Part shown: positions 25,180 to 37,075 of the stretch, piece by piece | Layout of the letters: each line of letters starts with the position of its first letter | Position numbering within the stretch: position 1 is the stretch's first letter | DNA from: Malacoraja senta | Taxonomy: Eukaryota | Assembly: GCA_038087875.1 (NCBI GenBank) | Contig: JAXLNO010000235.1 | Span: 310,001-374,000 of the forward strand | DNA length: 64,000 bases | Reading direction: 5' to 3' | Program-made: the position numbers and the translations under genes | The notes under the pieces: model-generated | What the model saw: the letters and a program-made list of their open reading frames with translations, nothing else | What the model was told of the DNA's origin: nothing | Database searches by the model: none

Positions 25180-25600
25180 AATTTTATTTTATTTATTAGT
25201 AGTGTACATTACAATAATATATGCCAAAATAACATAATACATTCCCTGTACCACTTTATATATTAAACTTTGAAAAGAAGAAAAGTAAAGAGAATTAAAT
25301 AAGATAGTAAGTGTGTGAAAGAGTGATCAAAAGAGATCCTTAGACATGAAAAGTTTGAAAAAGAGTTAAGAAACAAGCCATAGAAAAAGAAAAAGAGAAA
25401 AAGAAAACAGAAGATATATTAAAAGTTTTTTAAAAAGAGCTAAAAGGGATAAACCAACTTTGTATTTTTCCTCCCCCCTCACCAGGTCCTGAAACCATTT
25501 ATTTTCAGAATTCTGTTGCACCTTATACTTGTAGTAAGTCGATAAATGGAGACCAAATCTGTGGAAATGGTCTGGTTTGCCTGCTAGAAGGAATCTCGAT
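25180..25600 (-). mobile_element. L1-like LINE 3' end
   Basis: Minus-strand LAGKPDHFH..WSPFIDLL (FxxxWxPF-type L1 ORF2 end), T-rich 3' UTR, aataaa-rich tail. Confidence 0.6.
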
Positions 25601-25604
25601 ATTC

Positions 25605-26690
25605 CACTCCTACAACCATTTATTAGACTGTACCAGTCTGTTCTGCTTTAGATTTTACAAGGACATAGAAACGTAATGAATAATGAAGAGAGACACAAAA
25701 TGCTGGAGCAACTCAGCGAGACAGGCAGCATCTGGAGAGAAAGAATGGGTGATGTTTCGGGTCGAGACCCTTCTTCAGACCCAGACTTCTTTGACCCAAA
25801 ATGTCACCCATTCCTTCTCTCCAGAGATGCTGCCTGCCCCGCCCAGTTACTCCCGCCCAGTTGCTTTTGTGTCTATATTCGGTGTAAAGCAGCATCTACA
25901 GTTCCTTCCAACATGAAACTTTATCAATGTATTTCTGTCTCCATTGTTTCCACTAGAAACGTAATGAAACTAAATTATCAGCATCTGCCATTTTACCCAT
26001 TTGGGCTTTCTGGTCAATCTAATGTATCCATGCTCATGTGGATTTTATTTTTCCCATTTCTCCGGCAATCCTCTGGGACTGATTGAGGATGTTCAACGTC
26101 CTCGCCATTCTGTTGCCCACTCGTCACCACTTCAAATGGTGACGTTTGTTTTACAGAAATGCAAGATGGTTATGTGGGTTATTCTCAGAGGCTGTGAAGG
26201 TCTTGGTGCACTCTGTGATGTTGAACTTGGAGAAAACTGCAAGATGCAGGAACTATTTGGATGCTAATGAAAATATTGGCTGCAGGTTCCTCCTTGAGTG
26301 AAATTAAAAGCTCGGGAGAAAATTGCATTCAATATTGTACTAAGTTTGAAAATAATGTATGATCCTGATTCTCAAATGCACCTCATTTGTAACCCCCTAA
26401 ACCCACCGTGATCTGATACATTTGGATATAGATTTAAACTGCTATAATTGTATATGGACATATAATGGTATATGGACACACTGATCTGTTTTGTAGCCAA
26501 TGCCTACTATGTTCTGTTGTGCTGAAGCAAAGCAAGAATTTCATTGTCCTATCAGGGACACATGCCAATAAACGCACTTGAACTTGAACTTGAGCTAAAG
26601 CTCTAACATAGCTGCAAGGCGTGAATATTGACCATGTTTCCTTCCTTACAAAACAGCAGATTCTCTCGTTTGCCATTATCTTAGACATTT
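25605..26690 (-). pseudogene. Ig/TCR V-like decayed segment C (interrupted by two insertions)
   Basis: Leader-like LSTILNAIFSRAFNFTQ, 56 nt intron 26237-26292 (donor GT mutated to GA, acceptor ttgcag intact), exon VFSKFNITECTKTFTASENN; upstream homology to segment A. Confidence 0.42.
25681..25953. mobile_element. Inverted pair of Penelope terminal repeats with 15 bp TSD
   Basis: TSD tagaaacgtaatgaa at 25666-25680 and 25954-25968; inverted arms; hammerhead-like core at 25747-25782 on the minus strand. Confidence 0.8.
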
Positions 26691-26799
26691 GCCACCCACT
26701 AATAGCATTTAATATAAGGAGGTTCCACGTCTAAACTTATCCAATGTATTTGTGACCTCAGGAAATTCCCCATTTGTTTTGTCCAAATTAGCTTTTACA

Positions 26800-27345
26800 A
26801 GATTCAATTCAATTCAACTTTATTGTCATTGCACAAATGCGAGTATAGGTACAACGAAATGCAGTTTAGCGTCTGGTCATAGTGCAAGAGAGTAGAAGTA
26901 AAAATAAAAATACAAAATAAGCATACAATAAAAATAAATAAAAATACTGGTTAACAATGTGTTGATTGTGGATGAATTAAAACTGATACATAGGAAAATA
27001 ACTGTATACAAATGGGAGAGTCTAAAGATAGCTAGCGACGGGACTCTGAGTTCAGCAGTGTAATGGTGTTATTGAAAAAGCTGTTCCGCATCCTGCTTGT
27101 GCGAGACCTGAGGCTCCTGTACCGCCTCCCTGATGGGAGGAGGGCAAATAGTCCATGGTTAGGGTGAGAGGGGTCCTTGATGATTTTCCCGGCCCATCTC
27201 AGACACCATTTTCGGTGGAGGGTATCCAGGGCAGGGAGCGGAGCACCGATGATGTGCTGAGCGGTTTTCACCACCCGTTGCAGTGCCTTCCTGTCAGCTG
27301 TGGTGCAGCTGCTGTACCATACCGAGAAGCAGGTGGTCAGGATAG
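26800..27345 (-). mobile_element. Rex1/Babar LINE 3' end
   Basis: VKTAQHIIG..HPNHGLFALLPSGRRYRSL; tail gacaataaagttgaattgaattga. Confidence 0.88.
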
Positions 27346-27349
27346 ATAT

Positions 27350-28045
27350 AATAATTTATTGCCACACAACCAGGGTCGGTGGAATTTGGGTTGTCAGCAG
27401 CAGTACAATAATAAAGAACACACAACCACAATAAAAATGTAACACAAACATCCACCACAGCATTCATCACTGTGGTGGTAGACACAAAATTTGGCCAGTC
27501 CTCCTCCATTTCCCCCCCGTGGACAGGACCAGAGTCCAGAGTCAGTCCAGGATCGGCTCTTCCTCACCGGAGACCGCGGCTTTAAGATAGTGTAGGCCGC
27601 AGGCCGGCGGTCGAGATTTAAAGACTCCGCCGCAGCCAGAAGCACCGTAGACTGTGAGGGTGGTCCGGCTCAGGGCAGGAACAGTGCTCCCGTGAGCGCC
27701 CAAGTAGGGGCGGCCCGACCCGAGGGAGGTTCGGCGCCAAGTCAGGGCGGCCCGGCCCGAGGGAGAAGCAACGCCCAAGTCGGGGCAGCCCGGCCTGAGG
27801 GAGGTTCGGCGCCCAAGTCGGGGCGGCCCGGTCCGGGGAAGAAGCGACGCCCATGTCGGGGCAGCCCGGCCAGAGGGACAAGCGACGCCCAAGTCGGGGC
27901 GGCCCGGCCCGGGGAAGAAGCGACGCCCAAGTCGGGGCGGCTCGGCCCGGGGGAGAAGTGACGCCCATGTCGGAGCGGCCCGGTCCGGGGGAGGTTCGGC
28001 GCCCATGTCGGGGCGGCCCAGCCCGAGGCTGAAGACGACACGGTA
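27350..28045 (-). mobile_element. GC-rich non-autonomous retroelement with internal 38 bp VNTR
   Basis: Nine 38 bp units at ~27696-28030; 3' end with ccaccacag..ctgtggtgg hairpin and ggcaataaa; related to 28050-28400. Confidence 0.55.
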
Positions 28046-28049
28046 CTCA

Positions 28050-28400
28050 CGTGAGGGTGGCTAGGACGGTGTTCTGGCGGTGGTGGCCTGAGTCCGGGGT
28101 TCGGCCGCGGGCCAGCGGCTGCGTCTGCAGGACTGGTGGGCGGCAGCTTCGACCACCCCGGGCCGCGGTGTTTGAGCCGCGGGAAACATCGCCCGGGGGG
28201 TATCGCCTCAGCGCAGAGGGAGAAGAGGAGGGAAGAGACTGCAGACCTAAGACTTTTGCCTCCATCACAGTGAGGAGATGTTGGGTGGACTCACTGTGGT
28301 GGATGTTAATATGTGTTTATTGTTGTTTTATGTATGACTGTTGCAATTTCGTTCAGACTTCGGTCTGAATGACAATAAAGGGCTATCTAATAAGAATAAG
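28050..28400 (+). mobile_element. GC-rich non-autonomous retroelement with Rex1-like tail
   Basis: ccatcacagtgag..ctcactgtggtgg hairpin; tail aatttcg-ttcagac-ttcg-gtctgaa-tgacaataaa. Confidence 0.55.
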
Positions 28401-28441
28401 ACTGCAGGGCCGGCGGTCGAAGCTCCCCTCCAGGGGTGATG

Positions 28442-28975
28442 GTTGTTTTTCTACTGCCTGCAACATAATCTTTACTACTTGTTTTTCCCTTCTGTGAAAA
28501 GGAATTGATCTAACTGTTCTTGTCAGACCTAAAGGATCTTCAAGGAGGCTATTTAACAATTCCCCTTCCCCCTCAGGGTCCTCTCCTAGGTACCTCCCTC
28601 AGGGGTCTAATTTCTACCGATCTTCTTATCTTCCCCTTCCGACCTTTTGACTCCCCATCCTGGTGGTTGGGTGATCTTCGTCCACCCCGGCCCGTCTTCT
28701 CTCTTCCCTGGGTATTTTGGCCCCCTGCGGCTCTGCATTTGCCCCAACGGACTATACCTTATCATTGTTGTCTACTCCAACCCCTGGGTATTTCCTGCCC
28801 CCCAGTGGTTCAGGATTTGCCCCAACGGACTATTGGGCAGAATGCGGGCATTTAGCCTACAGGCTTTTCCCCTCCCTTTTCAGTTTGCCTTGCCGGTACA
28901 GACCCCTGAATCCTTCAGGGCGTTAACCACAAGGTCTTTTCAATCGCCCAGGAAGTACTTTATTAGTCATTATTC
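28442..28975 (-). pseudogene. gag: ERV-A gag remnant, copy 2 (LTR and PBS absent)
   Basis: Paralog of 1024-1558; joins directly to sequence matching ~3540. Confidence 0.65.
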
Positions 28976-31309
28976 GTGTGTGTGTGAGAAAGAGAGTGTG
29001 TGTATGAGAGAGAGAGGGAGCGTGTGTGTGAGCAGGGCTCTCGCTTAACGTTTTTTCCCTGTTGCCAGCCGGGCAGCCTTGGCAGCTTTTTAGGTTGCCA
29101 AATGACAGTTTAGGTGGTCATTTAAGATGGCTTGCATGACGCGTGCGATAAGATGGCTTGCATGACGCGTGGTCAGGTTCGAACACGGGTCTCTGGCGCT
29201 GTAAGGCAGCAACTCTACCACTGCGCCACAAAGTGCTGGAATAAGTCAGCTCACTCCATAGATCTCAGCTTCACTTTAACCTTCCACAGGGTCCACACGC
29301 TCAATCAAAGCTCCTCCACTTACCTGACCTCCACACAGGATCACAAACCTGCCTTTCTCCAGACCAGGCCCCCCGGCGACTGCGGAGTTACTCCAGCACT
29401 TTGCCTTTTTATGTAAACGAGCATCTGCAGTTCCGTGCGTCCACCCCTCATTAGAACGCGTTAGACCGATCGTGCGCAGCACAAAACGTTCCATGAGGAA
29501 AACGTTCTAACTTTTTGTAAACAAAATGTTTTACCAGAATGTCACCTGGATTCGAGAGCTTCAGCTACAGGGCGAGCTTAGGGACAGTTAGGGTCGACTC
29601 TCAGAATCTTTTTACGCCAGGCTGGAAATGTCCAAGACTAGTTGGTATCGCTGTAAGGAGAGAGGGGGAAAGTTTAATGGGGATGCGCGGGGCAGTGGTG
29701 GGGGCCTCATGTGCCTGACCTGGGGAGGTGGTGGAGGCAGATATGACGGGTGTTTAAGAAGCTTTTAGGTGGGCATGTGGAAGTGGAGGGGAGAGAGGGA
29801 TATGGATCATGTACAGGCAGATGAGAGTTTAACCTGGCGTCATGTTCGGCACAAACATTGTGGGCCGAAGGGCCCGTTCCTGTGCTGTACTGCCCTACGT
29901 TCTAACCATCCAATCACCAACTAGAGAGCAGACCCCACCTACCATCTACTGCATTGGCAGATGTTTTCTGCCGCTCACCTCCGGCGACAAACTCTTTGAA
30001 TCACTTCTTTCTGGGAGGCGACTCCGGACTATCAAAGCTGCTACAGTCAGACATAAAACAGCTTTTACCCACGAGCAGTAACTCTATTCAACAGCCAAAA
30101 GACCGTAGGCTCTTTTTACTCCGGTACTTTATTTTCACATGTTTGAATTATAATATTTTATTTTTTATTGTCTACAGAATATCTTGTTGTTACCTGCGAG
30201 CAAAGCACCAATGTAAATGCCTTGGATGTGGACCTACTTGGCTAATAACATTTTTATTCATTCATTATTATTCATTGAAGACAATAGACAATAGGTGCAG
30301 GAGTAGGCCATTCTGCCCCTCGAGCCAGCACCGCTATTCACCGTGATCATGCCAATCATCCACAATTAATACCCTGTTCCTGCCTTCTCCCTATATCCCT
30401 TGACGCCGCTATCTTTAAGAGCTCTGTCCAGCTCTCTCTTGAAAGCATTCAGAGAATCGGCTTCCACCACCATCTGCGGCAGAGAATTTCACAGACTCTC
30501 AACACTCTGTGTGAAAACATTTTTCCTCATCTCCGTTCTAAATAAATTACCCCTTATTCTTAAACTATCCCTCAGACTATCTTTAATCAGACTTTACCTA
30601 GCACTAATCGATATTCCCTTAATCCAATATCTGTACACTGTGGATGGGTTGATTGTAATCCTGTATTGTCCTTCCACTAACTGGTTAGCACACAACAAAA
30701 AAAGCTTTACACTGTACCTCTCCCTGTAGCTGAAGCCCTCTAATCCAGGCAGTATTCTGGGAGAACATTTTGTTTTCATAAAGTTAGAACAGTCTCGTCG
30801 TAAAACATTTTGTGGTTGAAACGTCAGGCTGGGACACTTGCACCCCGCTGAGTTACTCCAGCACTTTGCATCTTTTTTTAAAAGTACGCAGGCATCTACA
30901 GTTCCTCATGGCTATGTTTTCAATTTTTTAGTACGCGCCGACCAGCGATAACCTGTTCACTAGGTCTACCCTACTCACTGGGGGCAATTTTCAGAATTAA
31001 TCTACACACCTGCACATCTTTGGAATGTGGGAGGAAATCGGAGCACCCGGAGAAAACACACACAGTTACAGAGAGAACGTACAAACTCTAGTCCCACCTG
31101 CCTGAATTTGGCCCATGTCCCTCTCCACCTTTCCAGACCTGTCAAAATGTATTTTAAATCAAAGATAAGAAACAAAATGCTGGAGTAACTCAGCGAGACG
31201 GGCAGCATCTCTGGCGAGAAGGAATGGGTGACGTTTCATGTTGAGACCCTTCTTCAGAGTGATGACGAGAGTGGCCACAGAGATAAAATGTAGTCAGAGA
31301 CAGTGAGAA

Positions 31310-31578
31310 TGTTAAACTGAGTTATTTTGTCAATCTAAAGTCAAGAAAACTTGACTCAAATGCTTGTAGCTGTTGGAATTGATTCTTTATTCAGTACTGA
31401 GACAATTCTTTGAACCTTCCAACACAGAGCTAGAAGCTCCGGGGCAGCTCCAAAGTATTTGTGTTTTTGATACAAACTCATTGCTTTATATAGGTATTTA
31501 GACATTTCAAATACAGAGGGTAGGACAACTGGTAACCAATCATCTGAGTCCTTTTGGTGATTTACAACATCAGTCACA
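31310..31578 (-). mobile_element. ERV-B 3' LTR, copy 2
   Basis: Purine tract, then TG; TATAAA (31485-31490); AATAAA (31386-31391); terminal CA at 31310. Confidence 0.65.
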
Positions 31579-32879
31579 GGATATCCCCTTTCCTGATGTC
31601 TTTTTACAATCTTTGTTTGTCTATGGTATAACTCTATAACTGTTTTAGAATTATTTTATTTCAACACAGCAAAACCCCTGTAGGCTTTTATCAAAGACCA
31701 CTCTTCAAAATATAAGATACATACGATGATCACTCAAGTCATACACACTTTCTATACCAAGAGAAAAGATATTTCTATAAATCTAAACAATTTCTCTAAG
31801 TCCAAAGTGTACCTTTCTACTAAGACAATAAATTGCATAATTGGTGTTACTATAATTTTACACATTTTGAAATACCATTACCTATGTCTTTAAAACATTA
31901 ATTATATAAGTTTGCTGAATTACAGTTTCTAAGTTCAAAACGCACATTTCCATCTCCCATCCAAAGATACATGGGTCGTAAATCTGTCAATTTAGTTAAT
32001 ATGAGTTTGGTGCCTTTCTTGTTATCGGGAAGCAGGATTTCCAATCTCATGTACCAGACAGAACAGAAGGTACAAGGTACAACCATTACGTCAGAATTCC
32101 ATCTGCTTCAACCTTCTATAAACAACTCCCTCAATCTAATTATTTCTCAAAGCAACTATTCCTTCACTTACATCTTATTCCTTATCACACTCATTATAAT
32201 TTTACACAGCCAAGGCTAACTGCAGTCTATCATCTCTCAGCCTTGAATTCTGTCTCAAACCTAGCATAACAAGCCATAACTCTTCACGTTTATGTCACAT
32301 TCAGAGCTCAGAAATGTGCCATAGAGACAGAGCAGATGGCCTAAGAAGAGGCCCCTTATTCAGCTTCCCATTCTTCAACACAAAGCCATATCAAATACAA
32401 TTTCCTCCAGTGCTATAATTGCCCCCAAACAATAACCTAAGCTAAGCAGGTTCAGGTTCAGGCCTCCATGTTTTGATTCATCTTTGCCTGTGTGTATGTG
32501 TCAGTTTGCACTTTATTTCAGTTCAGGGAAACTTTAAGCTTTTCTTTTGCAATTCACCTAGCTTATATAAAAGTCTTTATCCAAGCGGTTCTATTTGTAT
32601 AATATGTCCTCATTCCTCACTCTGGTCATTCTATGACCACTAATAGGATAATAACACAAGGCAGAGATTCATCAGCATTGGCTTATTAGTCATCCAAGTT
32701 TATACCTAACCTCAAGATGCTTTATAGCCCCCAAAACCTGGACCACGTAGGTCAGCAGACTGGCTTGTTGACACCAATGCTGTTCCCTACTTCTCTGCTG
32801 TGCTTCCAACCCTAGCCCTTATGGTGCTCAATTATTCTGGACTTAATAACATTCCTCCTTCTCCACATTATTAAGTCTA

Positions 32880-34739
32880 TTACACTCCTCCTCCAACATT
32901 TCCTTCTCTACCTGCTGGTTCACACGTCTCTACTTCCAACATCGTAATGTCTTCTTCTAGGTGCCGCAATAAGACCTGCCCACCAGTTTCCACGTTACCC
33001 AAGGCTGACATTAGTCTGGTGATGATACATTTAACAATAGCAATTCCCACTAACAAACACATGATCACTATTGCTGCATTTATGGCCATGCTGATAATCC
33101 CCCAAAACTCCAGTTTCCCCATCCAACACCCTCCTTCATTCCATCAAGCAGGGTAGTAATGTCCTCTTGATGTTTGGTGATATTACTAGTTCCATCCTGA
33201 ACTCCCATCATACATTTTTCTTTTACAATAGCACACGTCCCTCCCTCACGGGCCAACAGATAATCTAAGGCATATCTATTCTGTAAAGAGAACAGACGCA
33301 TTTCTGATAGTTGGGTTTTTATTGCCTCCAAGGCGCCAGTAGTGGCATTTCGCAAAATGGTTAGTCCACAAATCATATAGTTTCGATGTTTTGCTGCCAA
33401 CCCTCCCCCTACACCTCTGAAAGTAAGCAGGCTTAGTACTCCCCATCCCACAGCATCCCACCTAGATGTTCCCATTGTAGTTGGGTTTCTCCAATTGGCA
33501 CAGAATTCGGCGGATATTGCCCTGCGCAGAGTCCTTTGGTTTTGTCGGGACCAACTCTCTGGGCAGGGAACGGTGGTGGGGACAAGGGTCCCGATGGCTA
33601 CGTTCTTTGGAAAAGGAGGTTTTAGCACATTGGTCCCTTTGCCATTGAAAAAGAAGTAATACCCTTCTTCGGTGTATATGGACCCATGACAGTCCATGCG
33701 TGTATTAATCACCTCGCCACCCTTTGCCCAGTCCATCCAATTGCTTGAAATCCAATTGGTGTATCTTGGGATGGGCAAGTGATAGAATCCTAGTTAGATG
33801 GGTTCCATTGGCCCACCCACAAAGCAGTTGAAACCCTGCAGAGACTGGGACGCATCTTTTGGGAATGGTGCATTGGATGCCCTTAGATGTGCTGTTGCAA
33901 CTAGGTTGTCGTGGGGTTCGTACTATGCACGCAATGTTGGAAGGGACGTCAACAACTATGCACCCGTATCCCTGGTTAGTGAAGCATCATCCGTATTGTC
34001 TATTGTCGGTGTTAGGGGTAAAGTTACACGGCATTAGTGGTTCTACTCTGGTACCCGAAGAGTTTTGACAGCCTGGGTATGAATGCTTATTGTCGCCAGG
34101 TAATGGCAAACAGTTAGCTGGTGGGGCTAAGAACTCGTCATAATAGATGGTGACAGCTTTGACCGGAACTGGCATCTCATCTTGACACTTTACTAATCGT
34201 TAAATCCTTCCCCACTCAGGAGATACTGTAAATAGGCTAATAACAGATTTCATAGCGGGGTAACACACAACTTGCCCTTTACCAAATAATTCATTATGGG
34301 CCCGTATAAACACGTTGGTGTCTTTTTCTTCAAATTCTCCCTTTTCCCGTATTTGTTGTTCAGGTTCTGTCCTTTGGAGCTGTAATGCTACTTGATAACA
34401 TAGTCCATCATACAATTGTTTATTTAGAGTTCGGTCCTCCCCGGGGTTCCTCCTGCAAGATAAGTCAACCCTGCATATCCGGTACCCACATGGAAACTCC
34501 CAGAGTGACTGATCAATTAGGTAGAGGCTTCAGTTAGTCTGTTGCATTTTGCCATGGCAGTAGTTAATTTTAATTATGTTCCATCTTCCGAGGACTTCTG
34601 GGCCTCTACATTGTACAACATCTCCTTTGCAGAGGTGAAATATCCTATATGCGTGTCCTGGGACACATCGTCGAATCTCTCCTTTATTTCCCTCTGTCTG
34701 CAGAAGCATTAGGTTGCATGGCCGGATAAATCGCCTCAT
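32880..34739 (-). pseudogene. env: ERV-B env, copy 2 (frameshifted)
   Basis: Basic cleavage site RTLRR/AIS, LQNRYALDYLLAREGGTC, TM and tail in ORF 32880..33122. Confidence 0.9.
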
Positions 34740-35015
34740 TTGAATATATCTGGAAAATGCAAAGGGTTACAAAAAGTTCATTTCTTACTTAATTGACTTA
34801 ATCAACTATTCACTCAAGTTAACCATCCTTCAGTCAGTCAGTCCAGTAATCAGTCGCATATTCTTAACCATATAGCAAAATAAGGATTCAAAACTAAACT
34901 TATAATGCTACAACTAAACGTATAATGATACAACTAAACTTATAATGATACAACTCCCAAGCAAAGCAGCAATGTAAAAACTAAAAACTCTGAGTTGAAA
35001 ATAAAATGACTCTTC

Positions 35016-36470
35016 TCACCCCTTATGATTGGGCTCCCCAATCAGTTTGCAGTGGTGCAGATGAACCCATGCAGCACGACCCTCGACCTTGGCAGCGGTT
35101 GGAGTGGTGAGGAGGACCTGGAAGGGACCATCCCAACGTGAGTCCAAGTGCTTACGCTTCCAGTTCCTGACCAGCATATAGCAACATGTCTCAATATTAG
35201 ATGGAACTTTGAGCGCTGGAGCCTCACCATTTGCAGCCCTGACCTGTGAATGAGAAGTTCGCAAAGCACGGGTTAAAGTTAATACATAGGATGTCATTTC
35301 CTCAGTCATCTGGTAGAAATGGACCGCCTGGTCATTCCATGGCATCGGGAAAGGTCGACCATATATTATTTCCGCAGGCGTCAGTCGTGCCGTACCAGAA
35401 GGAGTGGTCTGTATCTGAAAAAGAGCTACAGGAAGCAGTTTAAACCATGTTAAGCCAGTCTGTGCCACTAATTTAGCTAATTTGGTTTTCAAAGTCTGAT
35501 TTGCCCGTTCCACCAATCCGGCGGCCTGAGGTCTATATGCACAATGGAGCTGTTGATGTATCTGTAATTGTTGGCACATTTCTTTGTTTACTGCAGCAAT
35601 AAAATGAGGACCTTTATCGGAACTTAAACGCGCAGGAACACCGAATCGCGGTATGATTTTGCGTAACAATATTTTTACAATGGTAGATGCCTTATTGTCA
35701 GTGGTCAGGTATGCATCAATCCATTTACTGAAAACATCGACAATTACAAGAACATACTTATAACACTGACACCTTTTCAACTCAATGTAGTCCATTTGCT
35801 AGGTCTCAAATGGACCTGCTGGTAAAGGGATCTTACCTGGTTCACAGGGCAAGCCTTTACCTGGATTATGCTGCTGGCAAATCAGACATCGCTGGCTGAC
35901 ACGCTGGGCCAAGTCCAGAAGTTGTGGATGCCACCAGGTGTCTAAAAGCATATCATTTCCGGCCTTGGCACCACAATGAGTTGCAAAGTGTACACATTCA
36001 ATAATCCATAACACATGTTCATCAGACATGCAAGTTTGGCCTGCAGGCGTAACCCATAAGCTAGTGACAGGATCAAACACACAGCCCTGGTCCACCCACA
36101 GCTGTTTTACCTGTGCAGGAACGTCCTCCTGTATTTGAAGTACTTCCTGGATGGTTGGCATTCCTTTTTCCGGGGGAGACTGATTCTTACTGGAATTTTT
36201 AGTCTGCCTCATCATTCGGGGCACAACAACCTGGTTAGTCCAAGAAGCTTTTTTTAGCAGCACCATCGGCAAGGCGATTGCCGATATCTATAGGGCTCTG
36301 GCCTGATGTGTGGGCACGATCTTTAATAACTGCAAGCTGACTGGGCAATTGGATTGCCTGTAAAAGGTTGGAAACTAACTTCTGGTGTGAAATAACTGTT
36401 CCTGATGAGGTCAGGAAGCCTCGATTTTTCCACAATTGCCCATAATCCTGAACGACTCCGAAAGCATACT
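35016..36470 (-). pseudogene. pol: ERV-B pol RNase H and integrase, copy 2
   Basis: IN split by TAG at ~35799; retains SDKG; ends HKG* at 35016. Confidence 0.95.
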
Positions 36471-36472
36471 GT

Positions 36473-37075
36473 AAATCAGTGTAAATATTTTACCTTATTA
36501 CAGACACTAAGATTATTGTCAGATAATTTAAAATGAGGAAATGTTAGACATTTATCCTCTTTGGTTCTACAGATCATAACAGCATTCTTACTAGCATTAT
36601 ATTTAATGTCATGTTCCACACCATACACAGAACATATAGTATGGAGCTGCTGGAGACCAGCGCTAGATGGACTAAAGATCACAAGATCATCTGCATACAT
36701 AATATGGTTCAGTAAAATATTACCAATCACGCACCCAGTGTTACAGGCCTTCAATTGTTTAGACAGATCATCAATATATAGATTAAAAAGGTCTGGGGAC
36801 AAAATTCCCCCTTGTCTAACACCATTGGTATCCCCAAATGGATAAGTCCCATTAGGGTATTTTTACCCTTACACTTCCTTAGTTCTATCCATACTGACTC
36901 CACATCTCCTGTTTCAATGTCACCCCTTGCAAGGGACTGAATTTCATTCCTCACCAACAGAGCTACCCCAGCCCCTCTGCCCACCTGTCTGTCTATTCTA
37001 TAGGAGATATATCCTTGAATATTCAGTTCCCATCACCAGCCCTCTTGCAGCCATGTCTCTGTAATTCCTACAACA
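36473..37075 (-). mobile_element. RTE-X-like RT plus CR1 endonuclease fragments, copy 2
   Basis: Paralogs of 10925-11527. Confidence 0.75.

Noticed and set aside
27696..28030. 38 bp repeats as a CRISPR array or Pro/Arg-rich protein
   Set aside because: Vertebrate context, no unique spacers, and the ORFs are artefacts of a GC-rich VNTR
31356..31577. 73 aa ORF as a host or accessory gene
   Set aside because: Lies within the putative LTR across the TATA and polyA signals, has no ATG start, and a third of it is missing in copy 1
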